A stretch of DNA of 52,563 bases, filler included, from Catajapyx aquilonaris (lineage: Eukaryota): NCBI GenBank assembly GCA_000934665.2. It is 2 parts of 2 records of this genome, joined end to end, with 100 filler letters (N's around TTAATTAATTAA, not from the genome) between each part and the next. Parts side by side here need not be neighbours in the genome. Positions count along the whole stretch, not along the records: positions 1 to 26,242 come from JYFJ02005234.1; 1 more part is not named here. One strand, given 5' to 3'. The notes beneath the pieces were generated by a model. It searched no databases and was not told the DNA's origin. It worked only from the letters and a program-made list of their open reading frames with translations. The translations under genes and the position numbers were made by a program. This document shows positions 1-11,362 of the stretch, piece by piece. The first letter of the stretch is position 1; each line of letters starts with the position of its first letter.

Positions 1-131
1 GGGGTCAAGGAGGCCATGTCCGCGCAATTTTTAGGGGGGGAGGTAAGAAATTGTCCGCTTCTGTCCGCAAAGGGTAGGGGGGGGAGGTAAAAAAGTGAAA
101 AAATCTGTCCGCGCGGATTATGGACGGCCCC
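1..131. mobile_element. Probable right end of a non-autonomous DNA transposon (PIF/Harbinger-like MITE), truncated by the window edge
   Basis: Reverse strand begins GGGGCCGTCCATAATCCGCGCGGAC, with repeated subterminal TGTCCGC motifs. The end is followed by TCA, a possible 3-bp TSD. The other end is not in the window. Confidence 0.35.
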
Positions 132-230
132 TCACGCGACCTTACCTTTTTTCATTTAAATGTAAGGTGTTACCATGTAATTTAATTTAAATTTACGGTT
201 CTTTTAGGTGTAGCAGGGAATGGCCTAGAC

Positions 231-1067
231 CAGTGGTTTTCAAACTGGGGTACGCATACCCCTGGGGGTACGCGAACACAATTTAGGGGGTGCCCAAAAG
301 ATATCGTGCAATGGCGTCCAGTCTCTACATTTGTGGGAACCATATTCTTATTCAACAAGAATGAACCAGAATCTGAGAAAAACACAAAAAATTGTCATAC
401 TCACACATTCCCATAAGTTTTGGGAATGTTGTGTACAAGATAGGAACTTTGCTTGCTTTCCAACAATTTCCAAGAATATGAAAGCGACAGTGGAGGCCCA
501 GTTGAGGTCAGCGTCCCAGCCAACATATTGGACCACATAAATCAATTGGCACAACAGCGTAGAAATATTATTTCTTCGAGATGGACATGTATCAGCTGCA
601 TCATAAGTTTGAGATTTCTTGACCCCTCCAGAACATGTCAGTGCAGAATCAGGAAAAGATCGTCAAAATTTCTACGAATGGAAGTTTGAAATTTGAAAAA
701 AAAAAAACCTTATGAACTTTTGGGCTGAAAATATGGAAGACTATCCGGGCCTGGCAACCAGTGCTCTGAAGTAGGCCTACTTAATGCCATTTTCTAACTG
801 CCTAATATTATGTGAATCTGTTTTTTTTGCATCAACGTCCATGAAAACTAACGTCATCGACTCTGTTGAGAAAGACCTCAGGCTTAAATTGACGCCACTT
901 GTCCCCAGTATTAACCATCAGTGTGAATGAAAGAAAGCGCACACATCACACTAACGATTGATAAGTGCCCACAATTACTATTTTCTGGTGGCAGTCGGAG
1001 TGGGGGTACAAACTGTCTTGACATATTTGAAAATGGGTACGCGACAAAAAAAAATTGGAAATCACTG
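231..1067 (+). mobile_element. Decayed hAT transposon, Buster/Charlie type (internal deletion derivative)
   Basis: TIRs CAGTGGTTTTCAAA (231) and TTGGAAATCACTG (1067), with 8-bp TSD GCCTAGAC at 223-230 and 1068-1075. Interrupted transposase C-terminal remnants: KFWECCVQDRNFACFPT, FWAENMEDYPGLATSALK*, EKDLRLKLTPLVPSI, KAHTSH*. Confidence 0.9.
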
Positions 1068-1934
1068 GCCTAGACGATGGAAGTATCGTAAGCAGTATCC
1101 GAAACCTATAAGCTGGGGTAATTGACTTTTTATTTAATGCTAATTATCTCTGTAACTATACGTCGGAGACCCATGTTGCATATATACTCAAAGTGATCGC
1201 CTAGAACCCCACTATCATTTCCCCCAAAGCGACGGTAAGGTTAAATTTCCGAACCCTGTAGAGGCCTGGGACATGCTTCACCTCCAATAATGTGACTATA
1301 GTAGGCCTACATATACAGCAACAATAACTGTTATTTTGGAAGACATAAACCGGCTGAAAACGTGATATCCGTCCATTTATTGTAGTGGGATATGCTCAAG
1401 TTTTGCACTTTAGAATGCATGGCGTTCTGCCGAAGAGCGGTACAGGGTGTGTTCTGAATTCACTTGTCAGTTGTAGAAATAGGGTAGGCCTATATCTTCA
1501 ATATATGGGCCACCTACTTGCTAAGTTTGGTGGAGGAAAGAGCTGTCCACCTATACACTAACCTGGAAAAATGAGCCTATGTCGCATGGTACCTTGCATG
1601 GTACGTATATGTTATAATCAGAATTTTCAAGTTGTAATCTGTCACAATCAATCCTATAATAATTTTGCCTCGCGAAAACTTCTTCCAGTCCCCAAAAGTT
1701 ACGAACACTTCAAAAGATGTCGCAATATTATAAAACTCCGCAAAGGTCCTCGCGAGCTATGGAACAAGTTATAAGTTATGATTTTGTGACTATTTTAAAA
1801 GGCCATTAAGTGTGATGTCAATTAAGGTCATGCTGCATCAACTACAAATATCGACGGAATTAGTTTATAAATAAACAATAATTAATTGTGAAATGAGCAA
1901 GTGTGTGTTGTACTGTACAGTACATGCTTGAGGA

Positions 1935-2017
1935 AACAAAATTAATGAAAATATGCATATCCACTATACGCCAATAATTGGCGTATAGTGGATATGCATA
2001 TTTTCATTAATTTTGTT
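1935..2017. repeat. Perfect palindrome, 41-bp arms with 1-nt spacer
   Basis: AACAAAATTAATGAAAATATGCATATCCACTATACGCCAAT, then A, then its exact reverse complement. Short direct repeats of the right arm end follow. Confidence 0.95.
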
Positions 2018-5000
2018 GTATTCATTAATTTTGTTGTATAAATTTGTTGTATCAATTATTTATAATCATAAAACCCAAGAGAAAATGTCTGAATAAGGGG
2101 CGCAAGTCATTTCTCCCTCCAAAATGGGCAAATATTATTTTATTTGCCTGAAGCATCTTTTCAATCGACCCAGTGACGTCAGGAGATATCTAATTGGGCA
2201 TAACCTAGGACTATTATGAATTTTACATTCCACTGCCTAAATTGTCTACGTTTTCGTGTTCCACGGGCCATCGCCGATTTCATTCCCACACCCTTATATC
2301 TCAATCTCTCTAAATGGGAATTCTGTAGCCCTTTAACACACAGCGGTCCTAACTTATTCATGAACCTCCCACCCCTCACCCCCACCTCCAAAAATGAAGC
2401 ACGCACTCACATATGAAATTACTGATCGGCCTCTATTGCCCTGCATTCGAAAAGAGTTAATTCCGTAGGCCCATAACTCAACTGACGGAGTAAACAAGGA
2501 GCATTTGTGCGCTGATTTATCCTTGTGGATGTGGAAACAGTTTGTCAAATTACCAAGTCACTACAATACTGGATGATTAGGGAGTCCCGCGGGAAATTGA
2601 AAGAGATGAAGCCAGAGCAATGCTAACTCTGCTCTTGTTTTATTCCAGCTACTATGAATTTGTGCAAAGCTCTATACATTCTAATGATTGTATTATGCGC
2701 AGTGCAGGTCTGCAGCATATACTGTATGTAGTTCACATAATGGAATTTAATCTCAGTTTTCGAATGCCCAAATTAGGACAAAGTACTGTATTCTATAACA
2801 AGGCGATTATTGGTAATTAAGTTACTAATATTTAAGTCTAATTGCAGATTTTCGAACAGTGACGCCATTATATAAATATGTTTATGCAAAATTATTCAAC
2901 TACTGATTTAAATGTTATAGTGATCATCATAAATAATATTTCTTCTCATGAGCATCACATGAAACAGTGGCTTAAAACTATGCATGCACGTAACTGGCAG
3001 GCTCTGCTGGTTTATATAATATATTTATGAGCCATATAGAATTATTAAAACCCGCAAAGGTCATTTACGGGAAAAATTGTTGGCAAAATAATTATTAAAG
3101 ATAACAGTACATACCGTTACTTACATCGTAGAATACACGAAGACCTGACTTGTAGAAGGATCAGGGTCACATTTGACTGATTTCGAAATGTGACGGTTTG
3201 ATGTACTCCATTATGGGACTTTTTTCCAAAAATTCGTCTAGCTTGGAGCTGTAAGAATATGTCCCAATGCTACGTTGGGACAGTCAAATCTTTTGTAAAA
3301 TTTGTTCCTTATAATGTATGATCAAAAGTGAAACTCGGTTTTGTCTTGTCTATTCCGACATTGAAATTACAATTCCGCATTAGAAATAGGAAATTTTTGA
3401 CGTTTTCCCCATTTAAAATTGCCGAAGGGAGTTCTTGGAACCTTTGATAATTTCTATTTAAGTTTTCTTGTTGTTGTGTAACGCCCAATTTTTAGCGTTG
3501 CATACGTACTGCTAAACAAAAGTGATACCATATTAATGAAATAAATGGGTTTGCAACAGTGGTTCACACTGTGATTGGTCCCTTCAAATGGAGTAATACA
3601 ATCATGGTGAACAATATTATTTTGGACACATTGATTTCATTATTAATACTAGTACTGTTATAATGTTATAATAGTTGAATTCATGGTCTTCCATTGTCAT
3701 AAAACTTTTAAATTACGGTACCTCAGATTCTAGGTTGGCAATTCCTAATTTGAAAATTTCAAACTTGTGAATTTCAAATTCGAATTTTTGTATACCAGGA
3801 ACAATAAATAGGGAAAATCTTACACTTTCATTCTAGAGCACACGATATGTTTTCTCTACAGGAAATCGGGATTAATCATCACCTGGAGAGTAGGCTACCC
3901 TCCGAGAAGACGAGTGCCGTACTACACACAGCTGAAAACCATGATTAAAGGTCTAACTCAATTATTAGGACCAAAAATGATTGTTCTGCATATCGAATTA
4001 TTCCCCAGTAAAAATCGGCTTACAATAAAATAATGTTTTGACCTCACATAGTCGAGGAATGTTTTGATAGGGGATATAGTATGAAAATAGTGTCAAATAT
4101 AGTGTGTGTTACAAAATTCAGCTCACATCCATGTCGGTAAAAATCTCGCGGCTCACATCCACTCTCTCATCATTCCAAGTGTAGCTGTGAGTTACATCCA
4201 TTGCTGCCAAGCCCATTTCATGGATATTCAGGGGCACCCGATTCTACGCCAAACTTGAAAGCGAAGTCACAAGAACAGACGTAACAAATCTACCGATAAA
4301 AATGTGAGCTTCATTCTGAAACATTCGGTTTATACATTTTTTAAACATTTCAGTATTTAGTGCAGTAGTGCATTCAAAAAATATTCTGATGCTGGAATTA
4401 AAATTACGCCATATACGCTGAAATAATTGCATTGCGCAGCTGTCACCAACAATTCCGGATCAATAATTACACAAAATATAGTTGCATACTGTCACGCAAT
4501 TAAACACAAAATTATAAACGATTATCAAGTGCGGCCCTCAACACATATGGGTTTCAAGCGGTTACTAATCAAACTCCCCGATATGTTGACCAGCTCAAGC
4601 TCCTCAAACAAATTCATAGTTATCAAATAAACCACAACCGAGTTTAAACCCCATTTTTAAAACTGACACCTCCCTTTAAACCCCGAGGTCTCAATTGACT
4701 TTGTTGACAACTCCCCACAAAAGAGAAGGTTGGTGGCATATATAGAAAAGGCAAAGGAAATTAGAAAGGAAACTTTTAATCAAGACCTCCCGCGTTCTAG
4801 AAACCATATGAAAAGACTTGAACCCCACCACCTTTCCTTCCTTTTCATTCACGCTTGGGATACACCTCCTATTGGTAGGTTCCTGTGATCACTGGTCTGA
4901 GAAAAAGCAAGCTCCAGATCTTTCAGAGCCAATCCTTCGGATTTTGGGAATCATCTCCGGAAGTTATATATACCCACGGTGTTATCCTGGACGTGATTAC

Positions 5001-5593
5001 GGGGTCTTCTCGTCCACAAGTGTGGGGGATATTGTGTGTGCAGGGGGGTGATATTGGAAATTCTGCTCCCCCCCCCCCCCCCCCCCCCCNCCCCTTTATC
5101 CGAACCTTCCTTCCTTCCTCCCACCCTCCCCTATACCTACGTTTTAGTGTTGTGATATACCGAGCCAATATCCTCTATTCCTATCAGAACAGCGGCCATA
5201 ACCTGTACAGATTGGAGAGCCCCAGCTACCAGCAACTTTATAACTTCCTATACCTGCAGCTAAACCGGTTTGTGCCATTTGGTCCGGATAAAAGCCCGGG
5301 GATTCTAATTATTTACGTCCCTAAGGTTGACCTCGCCTGCAATATTACCGCATAAATATCCTCCGGAGGCTTAAGATACTTGGGGCTAATCTGGTTCTCA
5401 GTTTGGAGGAGAAGACTCTACATGGGTTAGGGTATTGTACTTATCAAAATGTAAGTAATGTTGCTCATAATTTCTGGGAATTATGAGAAATGAGGGGGCT
5501 GTATTTCATGCTAAGCAGTGGAACCTGTGGAAAACTTAGCCCTAATCTCACCCATGAACATATTGTTGACCACTAACATCTGGTGGTTCCAGT

Positions 5594-5755
5594 TAGTCAA
5601 CCCCCGGTTATCCGCGGTTTGAAAATATTAAATATTGATCAAAATATTAAAACTCGTTGTGGCTATTGTGTTTAAAAACCTATAGTGTATTATGTACGAT
5701 TCGATTTATCTGCGGGTGTATGGAACCAATACCGCGGATAACCGGGGGCCGACTG
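5594..5755. mobile_element. Small pogo/Tigger-like MITE
   Basis: Imperfect TIRs TAGTCAACCCCCGGTTATCCGCGGT and ACCGCGGATAACCGGGGGCCGACTG, the right end followed by TA. Confidence 0.65.
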
Positions 5756-5793
5756 TACGTTCATTTTCTATCTTCATCAATCACTTAAAAGTG

Positions 5794-5794
<1 letters not shown>

Positions 5795-5851
<57 letters not shown>

Positions 5852-6081
5852 CTTATTACTGTATTATTATTATCTTATTATACTGTATTATTATTATCTT
5901 ATTATACTGTATTATTATTATCTTATTATACTGTATTATTATTATTATCTTATTATACTGTATTATTATTATCTTATTACTGTATTATTATTATTATCCT
6001 ATTACTGTATTATTATTATTATCTTATTACTGTATTATTATTATTATCTTATTACTGTATTATTATTATTATTATCTTATT
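5795..6081. repeat. (TTA)n microsatellite grading into a degenerate ~21-24 bp higher-order repeat (TTATTATCTTATTA[TA]CTGTA)
   Basis: Direct reading. It explains the spurious poly-Ile/Tyr ORF 5692-6126. Confidence 0.95.
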
Positions 6082-6085
6082 AACC

Positions 6086-6380
6086 GAAGCAGTGGTAGCG
6101 GAGAGGATACGGTATCCGACTGCTAATCGGGAGGTCCTGGGTTCGAACCCCGGGCGCCGCCGACCCTGACCGTGGTTTGCTGTGGTTTTCCATGGTCCCA
6201 CCAGGACAATTCCGGGGTCGTGTCCGTAATTATAGGCCACAGCCGCTTCCTTCCTTACCTATCCTTGCCTCAATTCCGATGGAAAGTATAGTAAAAATGG
6301 AAAGAGTTCCAGCCAAAAAATGGGAGAAATCCCCCCCCCCCCCGTAATAAAGCCTAATGGGCTGATAATGGGGTATCAAT
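6086..6380 (+). mobile_element. tRNA-derived SINE, family A
   Basis: A-box-like TGGTAGCGGAGAGG and B box GGTTCGAACCC (6140-6150). Body GGTTTGCTGTGGTTTTCC...AGGCCACAGCCGCTTCCTTCC resembles arthropod SINE bodies. Ends ...GATAATGGGGTATC plus a TTA-rich tail. Confidence 0.8.
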
Positions 6381-6461
6381 TATTATTATATTATTATTAT
6401 ATTATTATTATATTATTAGTATTATATTATTAGTATTATTATTTATTTATTTATTTATTTA

Positions 6462-6716
6462 CTAGCTGCGGCACCCGGCGTTGCCCGGGAAGAAATGAAT
6501 GAAGGGAAAACACCTGCCAGTAGCCCCGTCAACTGTCTGTCTTTCTGTGTGTCCGCCCACCAATGCCATCTGTGGTCCTGCTACTCCAACACCTTCAACC
6601 TCTCCCGCCTGTATAACGACAACCGTCATTTGCCTGCCATCTGTAGTCAACCCCCAACACCGGTTGGCAGGCGGACAGACAGACAGACTCACAAACGGCT
6701 TTATTTATATAGAAGA
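6462..6716 (-). mobile_element. Non-autonomous Helitron, copy 1
   Basis: On the minus strand: A|TC start, (TCTG)n tract, 3' hairpin CCCGG-GCAACG-CCGGG, CTAG|T end. No TSD. A second copy lies at 20460-20678. Confidence 0.85.
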
Positions 6717-6720
6717 TTTA

Positions 6721-6990
6721 TTTTATTTTTTGTTACCCCGTGATAGGGCTCGAGGCCCTCTTAGGGGGGAAGGGGAAGTTCCCAAGGGAGGGCGTCGTAC
6801 GATAGCCATTTCTGACATTCTTTAACACCAGGCCTTTTCTCCAGGCCCCGAGCAGAGAAGGGAGTGCAATTCTGCTCCGGAATGTCGAGAGAAAAGCGGA
6901 AAAAGACCCGGCCAAGCAGAGGTGACGGGGACGGGATTTGAACCCCGGCCTCCCGTTTGGCTGGCCAGTGGCGTAACCACTAGACCACCC
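6721..6990 (-). mobile_element. tRNA-derived SINE, family B, copy 1 (slightly 5'-truncated)
   Basis: Minus strand A box TGGTCTAGTGG, B box GGTTCAAATCC, 3' end ...CTATCACGGGGTAAC plus A-rich tail. Closely similar to 11083-11362. Confidence 0.9.
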
Positions 6991-7051
<61 letters not shown>

Positions 7052-7064
7052 CATCATCATCATC
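6991..7064. repeat. (TTA)n/(TCA)n microsatellite
   Basis: Direct reading. Confidence 0.9.
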
Positions 7065-7843
7065 TTGAAGAAACTGTGTGGTAGAGTTCCATAAAGGGTG
7101 GCGCTGAGGCGGTAAAAGCACAGACGGCGTGGGAGGGTTGGCGGTATGAAATCACTTTCGCTTTATGGCATATAATAAACTCATTCCCATGATTTAGAAC
7201 GATCGTGCAATTACTAAAGAAACATTACCGAAGCAGTAAAATCCTTCCATCTCCATTTCAAGTTTTCCTCTTACCATAACACGACGCAGAGACGCGACTA
7301 ATGGTTGTTCTTAATCAAACTGGGTGCACGTACTCCGTTCCGGAAATACCGTCCAAAATAACCCGTCTTGCATTACGATATCGTTCCCCTCCCTCTTGGT
7401 TATTGCTCAGAAGCGTTGCCTTTTCACTTGCTTTCCACACCAGAAAATAAATCATTGGAATATTCCTATGCGGGTACCAGCATTGCACTTGTGGTTGGAG
7501 CTGTTCAACTTCTTCATTGTCCCCCCTCCTCCCCCCACTTTTCTCACAGAGTTATCTTCATTCAGGAGTACAAAAGGCGCGTTTCCGATTCCTAATGAGT
7601 GCTTTTAATCTGAATTCAAAGTTTTCCAGAGTTGCGTATAATCCCATATTTGCTCAACTCCCGCTTCGTTAATCACTCATACATCCATTCAGCGACAAAA
7701 TTACTGATGCATATCGCTGCCACTTTTCAAGGAAAATTTCGGGGCTCTGAAAATCTGGGACATTTTTTCTATATCAAAAGACATAAACGATGCTGTGGTT
7801 TGGGTGCAGCACTGGTCCATCCTAAAGGATAACGTCCCATTAG

Positions 7844-8653
7844 TAGGGCTGTGCGATATTTCGATACATCGACTGTCGATACGATATTTTCCTAATATCG
7901 AAGTTGCGATTTCCGACTCTTGGCATGTTCGATGTATCGAATATCGCGATTTTTCGATGTCGGTTCGATGTCGGTTCGATGTCGGTTTTCGATATTTTTC
8001 AATGTCGGTTTGATGTCGGTTTTCGATTTTTTTCGATGTCGGTTCGAAGTCGGTCTTCGATATTTTTCGATGTCGGTTTTTCGATTTTCGATAAGTTATA
8101 TCGACTACTATTCGATATTTTTTAAAGGAAGGGTTCAGTGATTTTGCATGTTGAGCTCCAAAAATCAAACACGACTCCCTGATTTGAAATATCCGATCCG
8201 TTTTGTTGGCAAATGCACCATAAGAGTAAAATTTCAAGTCAAAGTTGATTTTTTTGAAAATCAGCGCCGAAGACGGCTTCCCTCTAGCCACAAGAGTGGA
8301 AGCTTCGATGCAGCGGTCGAAGCTTCCACTCTTGTGGCTAGAGGGAACCCGTGTCCCGTGAAAAGATGAAAAAATGGGCTCCGAGACTAAGCCAATCTCA
8401 TTGGCCACGGTGGTGGCAGGTTACCGGAATTTCCGCGGGAGGCGCTGGCTGTACGCTTACCGTATCGAATACAGTAGCGGATATGGACTTTCACCTAACG
8501 GCATTTGTTTACGCGGCATCAGATTCCAAAACTAATCACACTTTTGGAATCATGGAGTCTTCCTTGATCTCTGAAGCCCAACATGCAAAATCACTGAACC
8601 CTTCCTTTAAGTATCGAAAGTAGATATGTAATTTCGGATATCGCACAGCCTTA
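7844..8653. mobile_element. Non-autonomous hAT element (Ac-type TAGGG terminus) with subterminal TCGATGTCGGT repeats
   Basis: TIRs TAGGGCTGTGCGATAT and ATATCGCACAGCCTTA, with 8-bp TSD CCCATTAG at 7836-7843 and 8654-8661. Confidence 0.9.
8126..8606. mobile_element. TTAA-targeting MITE (Kolobok-like) nested in the hAT element
   Basis: 28-bp TIR AGGAAGGGTTCAGTGATTTTGCATGTTG and its reverse complement, with TTAA at 8122-8125 and 8607-8610. A purine-purine terminus with TTAA TSD fits Kolobok. Internal 31-bp-arm hairpin at 8278-8347. Confidence 0.8.
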
Positions 8654-9729
8654 CCCATTAGTACAGTACCCACGTGGCTCAGCATTATACTTGGAAACAT
8701 GTGAGTGCATACGATACCCTATACAAGAAGGCCAATAGTGTTGACTCCGTTACCTCCCCCCAAATTTAGCCTCCGTGATATCATGATCGATAGGTGCTCT
8801 CCGCCCTTCCCATGTCCCTGCAAGTATTCCTCAACCTTTGGGCTCAGAAGGGTGGAAAATCCGGAAGCCGAGAGTGTCCGGAAGTGGCATCTGAAGCTTC
8901 TTTCCGTCAATCAGTGCAAGTTGGTCTGCATTTGGTAAGGAAGGCAGCAAAGAGGGGTGGAGAAGGAAGCACGACTCTCAAGGAAAAAAAAGGGGGGGGG
9001 GGGGGAAGAAGGTAAGGCATTTTTTTCCTTCATCCTTCCTCTCCCTGTGAGATGCCTTCGGAATTCGAAACTAATCCAATAAGCCGCGCCTACCCAGTTT
9101 CGGCTCGAATGCACAGGGAAGCTTCTCCCTTGGCTGCAAGTCAGATCTGAGATGGCATGGCATGTCATCCCGAGACGAGTGGGGATACCTCCAGTAAAAG
9201 AGAGATGTGCCTTCAATGGTCTCCAATCGTACGGAAAGGCATGCCACTCCTCCTAGTATCTGCTGAAAACAGACAGAACTACTGTACTTCATTTGACAGA
9301 TTTGACTCAGATTGAAACGCGATCAAAGTGCTCTTGTGTGGCAACCAATGCGTCCTGACTGCAATGAGCTTCTGGGTGATTGCAACCTGCTGTACAGTAC
9401 ATGCCTCCCATCCCAGCTGAATCGATCGGTGGATGTCATCAAATTATTTTCCAACACCACTCTTTAAAAAAAAAAAATGAGTTTTTTTCAGATTTGTCTA
9501 TCTGCTCCCAACCCACGGCCCCCAAAAATGCAATTATATGTGCAAATAGTTTGGCACTATTTTGCATAATTATGGCTAATAAAGGTTGCATGCAGTAATC
9601 AGGTGGTGCAGGGAGTCCCCAAAAATATTTGAAATTTTCTACCAAACTTTGTTGGCCTATTCTTATACGATTTAGTTCAATTTGGTCCTATTCTAGTATC
9701 CGGATTAACCCAAATTAGCGTCCTATATA

Positions 9730-10559
9730 CAGGGTGTTCCAATGTTCGTGGGTAGTTTTTAGTTATCACTAATATCGACTGAAGTACAGCAGTTATTTTT
9801 GTGTAGCTACTCGTAGTTGTGCCCCATAGGTGGTCGAATATAGCAGTTTCTATAGAATAAGGCACCTGGATCGGGCGAAAATAGCTACAAAATACTTTTA
9901 ATAAAGCTGTTATTAAAAGTACTTTGTAGCTATTTTCGCCCATCCTTTTCGTCATTTTAGTTATAGGAAATTTCTATCGAAGCTCTTAGAGTGAAATTTC
10001 CTATAACTAAAAGGACTGGATCACTTTTCTTATCACTAATATTGCCGGAAGTGGGTATTTGTTTGTAGCTTGTTGTGCCCATATCAGTTGTCCCATTACT
10101 CTCAGGTGGTCGAATATACAGGTGTTTCAACTTTTTTGTCCGAACAGTTATCGGAAAATTGCGCGTAGCTGCTACTTTGTAAGCAGTGACTTGCAAACGG
10201 TGATTTTTCGGAGGAACGGGTTCCCTGCGAATCGTAGGTTGAAGTGGCATACGTGCTGCCCGCTGAAAATTGAGGGTCAAGCCTGGAAAAAAGAGGGTCA
10301 CACATGCCATGGGATGTGTGACCCTCTTTTTCCTAATTCCCAATTCCTCCGACAAATCACCGGTTGCAAGTCACTGCTACAAAGTAGCAGCTACGTGCAA
10401 TTTTCCGATAACTGTTCGGACAAAAAAGTTGAAACACCCTGTATAGCAGTTGCTACAAATAGGGCAACTTGATTAGAGGGGCACAACAAGCAACAAAAAA
10501 TAACCACTTCGGGCAATATTAGTGATAAGAAAAGTGACTCACGAACTTGGAACACCCTG
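9730..10559. mobile_element. Tc1/mariner-type MITE (host of a nested MITE)
   Basis: TA|CAGGGTGTTCCAATGTTCGTG ... CACGAACTTGGAACACCCTG|TA, with internal duplicated and inverted subrepeats. Confidence 0.8.
10119..10441. mobile_element. Tc1/mariner-type MITE, family C, copy 1 (nested)
   Basis: Long TIRs CAGG[G]TGTTTCAACTTTTTTGTCCGAACAGTTATCGGAAAATTGC with TA flanks. The empty-site motif GGTGGTCGAATATAGCAGTT is present uninterrupted at about 9829-9848. Confidence 0.9.
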
Positions 10560-10563
10560 TATA

Positions 10564-10883
10564 CAGGGTGTCTCATCTTTTTTGTCCTAACAGTTATCGG
10601 AAAATTGCGCATAGCTGCTACTTTTTAAGCAGTGACTTGCAACCGGTGATTTGTCGGAGGAATGGGGAATGTGGAAAAAGAGGGTCACACATGCCATGGG
10701 ATGTATGACCCTCTTTTTTCCAGACTTGACCCTCAATTTTCAGCGGGCCACTTCAACCTACGATGCGCAGGGAATATTCCCCGTTCCTCCGAAAAATCAC
10801 CGTTTGCAAGTCACTGCTTACAAAGTAGCAGCTACGCGCAATTTTCCGATAACTGTTAGGACAAAAAAAGATGAGACACCGTG
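10564..10883. mobile_element. Tc1/mariner-type MITE, family C, copy 2 (opposite orientation)
   Basis: TIRs CAGGGTGTCTCATCTTTTTTGTCCTAACAGTTATCGG ... GATGAGACACCGTG|TA. The internal sequence is the reverse-complement homologue of 10119-10441. Confidence 0.9.
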
Positions 10884-11082
10884 TATTTGTAACACCTCGT
10901 AGCAGTTGACATCAGGTCATCCCTCCTGAACCCGCAAGGTCACGGTCGTGGTCCAATAATACAAGTTCGGGACAACCCATTTATTGCGACCAGACTGCAG
11001 CCAGTCCGTCTCACGACTGACTCAGACAGGTCCACAACCAGCAAACGCCCCTGTCCTCTATGGAGGATCATTATATCAGTTT

Positions 11083-11362
11083 TTTTTAAAAAATACCCCG
11101 TGATAGGACCCGAGGCCCTCTTAGGGGGGAGGGGGAAGTTCCCAATGGAGGGCGCTGTGCGGTAGTCATTCCTGACATTCTTTAAACACCAGGCCTTTTC
11201 TCCTGTCCCTGGGCAGAGTAGGGAGTGCAATTCTGCCCCGGCATGTCGGGTGAAAAGCGGAAAAAGATGACCCGGCCAAGCAGAGGTGACGGGGACGGGA
11301 TTTGAACCCCGGCCTCCCGGTTGGCTTGCCAGTGGCGTAACCACTAGACCACAATGCCTCCC
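11083..11362 (-). mobile_element. tRNA-derived SINE, family B, copy 2 (full length)
   Basis: 5' GGGAGGCATTGTGGTCTAGTGG, B box GGTTCAAATCC, 15-bp TSD TCATTATATCAGTTT at 11068-11082 and 11363-11377. Confidence 0.92.

Noticed and set aside
4650..5450. ORFs around a poly-C run
   Set aside because: Low complexity, an ambiguous base and no domain motifs.
5692..6126. 144-aa hydrophobic ORF
   Set aside because: It is the translation of the TTA microsatellite.
6086..6160. tRNA gene calls here and at the heads of the other SINEs
   Set aside because: A and B boxes are present, but the sequences continue into SINE bodies with tails, and with TSDs in two cases. No convincing cloverleaf.
7701..8408. 235-aa minus-strand ORF
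   Set aside because: It runs through hAT subterminal repeats and the nested MITE, with no recognisable domain.
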